Source: Terriglobia bacterium (GTDB lineage Bacteria; Acidobacteriota; Terriglobia; UBA7540). From it: DNA of 64,000 nucleotides. Of the stretch, positions 63,992-64,000 are shown in pieces. The position numbers and the translations under genes were made by a program. Position 1 is the stretch's first letter. Each line of letters begins with the position of its first letter. The stretch covers positions 1,883 to 65,882 of the forward strand of contig JBEKLY010000001.1 of NCBI GenBank assembly GCA_050010015.1. Direction: 5' to 3'. The notes under the pieces were generated by a model that saw nothing but the letters and a program-made list of their open reading frames with translations, searched no databases and had not been told where the DNA came from.

Positions 63992-64000
63992 GCTACACTT

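Overview
This is a 64-kb window of a high-GC Gram-negative chromosome. Gene families (DUF2911, Omp85/TamB, a Wzx/Wzy EPS locus) and very dense palindromic intergenic repeats suggest Acidobacteriota; that is inference only.

Layout:
- (1) 0.2-3.1 kb: a minus-strand operon with a metzincin-like protease and three tandem small secreted paralogs. It is bracketed by two copies of a 105-nt structured RNA candidate, each with its own conserved promoter.
- (2) 4-10 kb: glcDEF plus an AMP-forming acyl/acetyl-CoA synthetase.
- (3) 10.6-18.8 kb: PfkB kinase, an ABC-2 exporter pair, a LarA-like protein, an esterase, DUF2911 and a PIG-L deacetylase.
- (4) 19-27.2 kb: Omp85/TamA-like, SurA-like and TamB genes.
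- (5) tRNA-Ser(GGA) at 27.4 kb, followed by a ~10-kb insertion bounded by 278-bp direct repeats. Each repeat holds the tRNA 3' end plus the 5' part of a GIY-YIG gene. The insertion carries orphan genes, several gene remnants, a MITE-disrupted antitoxin gene and a peculiar repeat array. No recombinase is visible.
- (6) 38-41.4 kb: a frameshifted LuxR-type regulator with a degenerate receiver, a PilZ protein, a Tat-signal protein with 28 cysteines in a granulin-like CC pattern, and an orphan gene.
- (7) 41.7-64 kb: a Wzx/Wzy-type exopolysaccharide cluster.

Nearly every intergenic spacer holds palindromic REP/MITE-like elements or 7-nt-period tandem tracts, and some have entered coding sequence.

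All calls come from reading the sequence and the ORF track. No database search was run. The ORF track translates GTG/TTG starts as M, so several starts were trimmed by hand.
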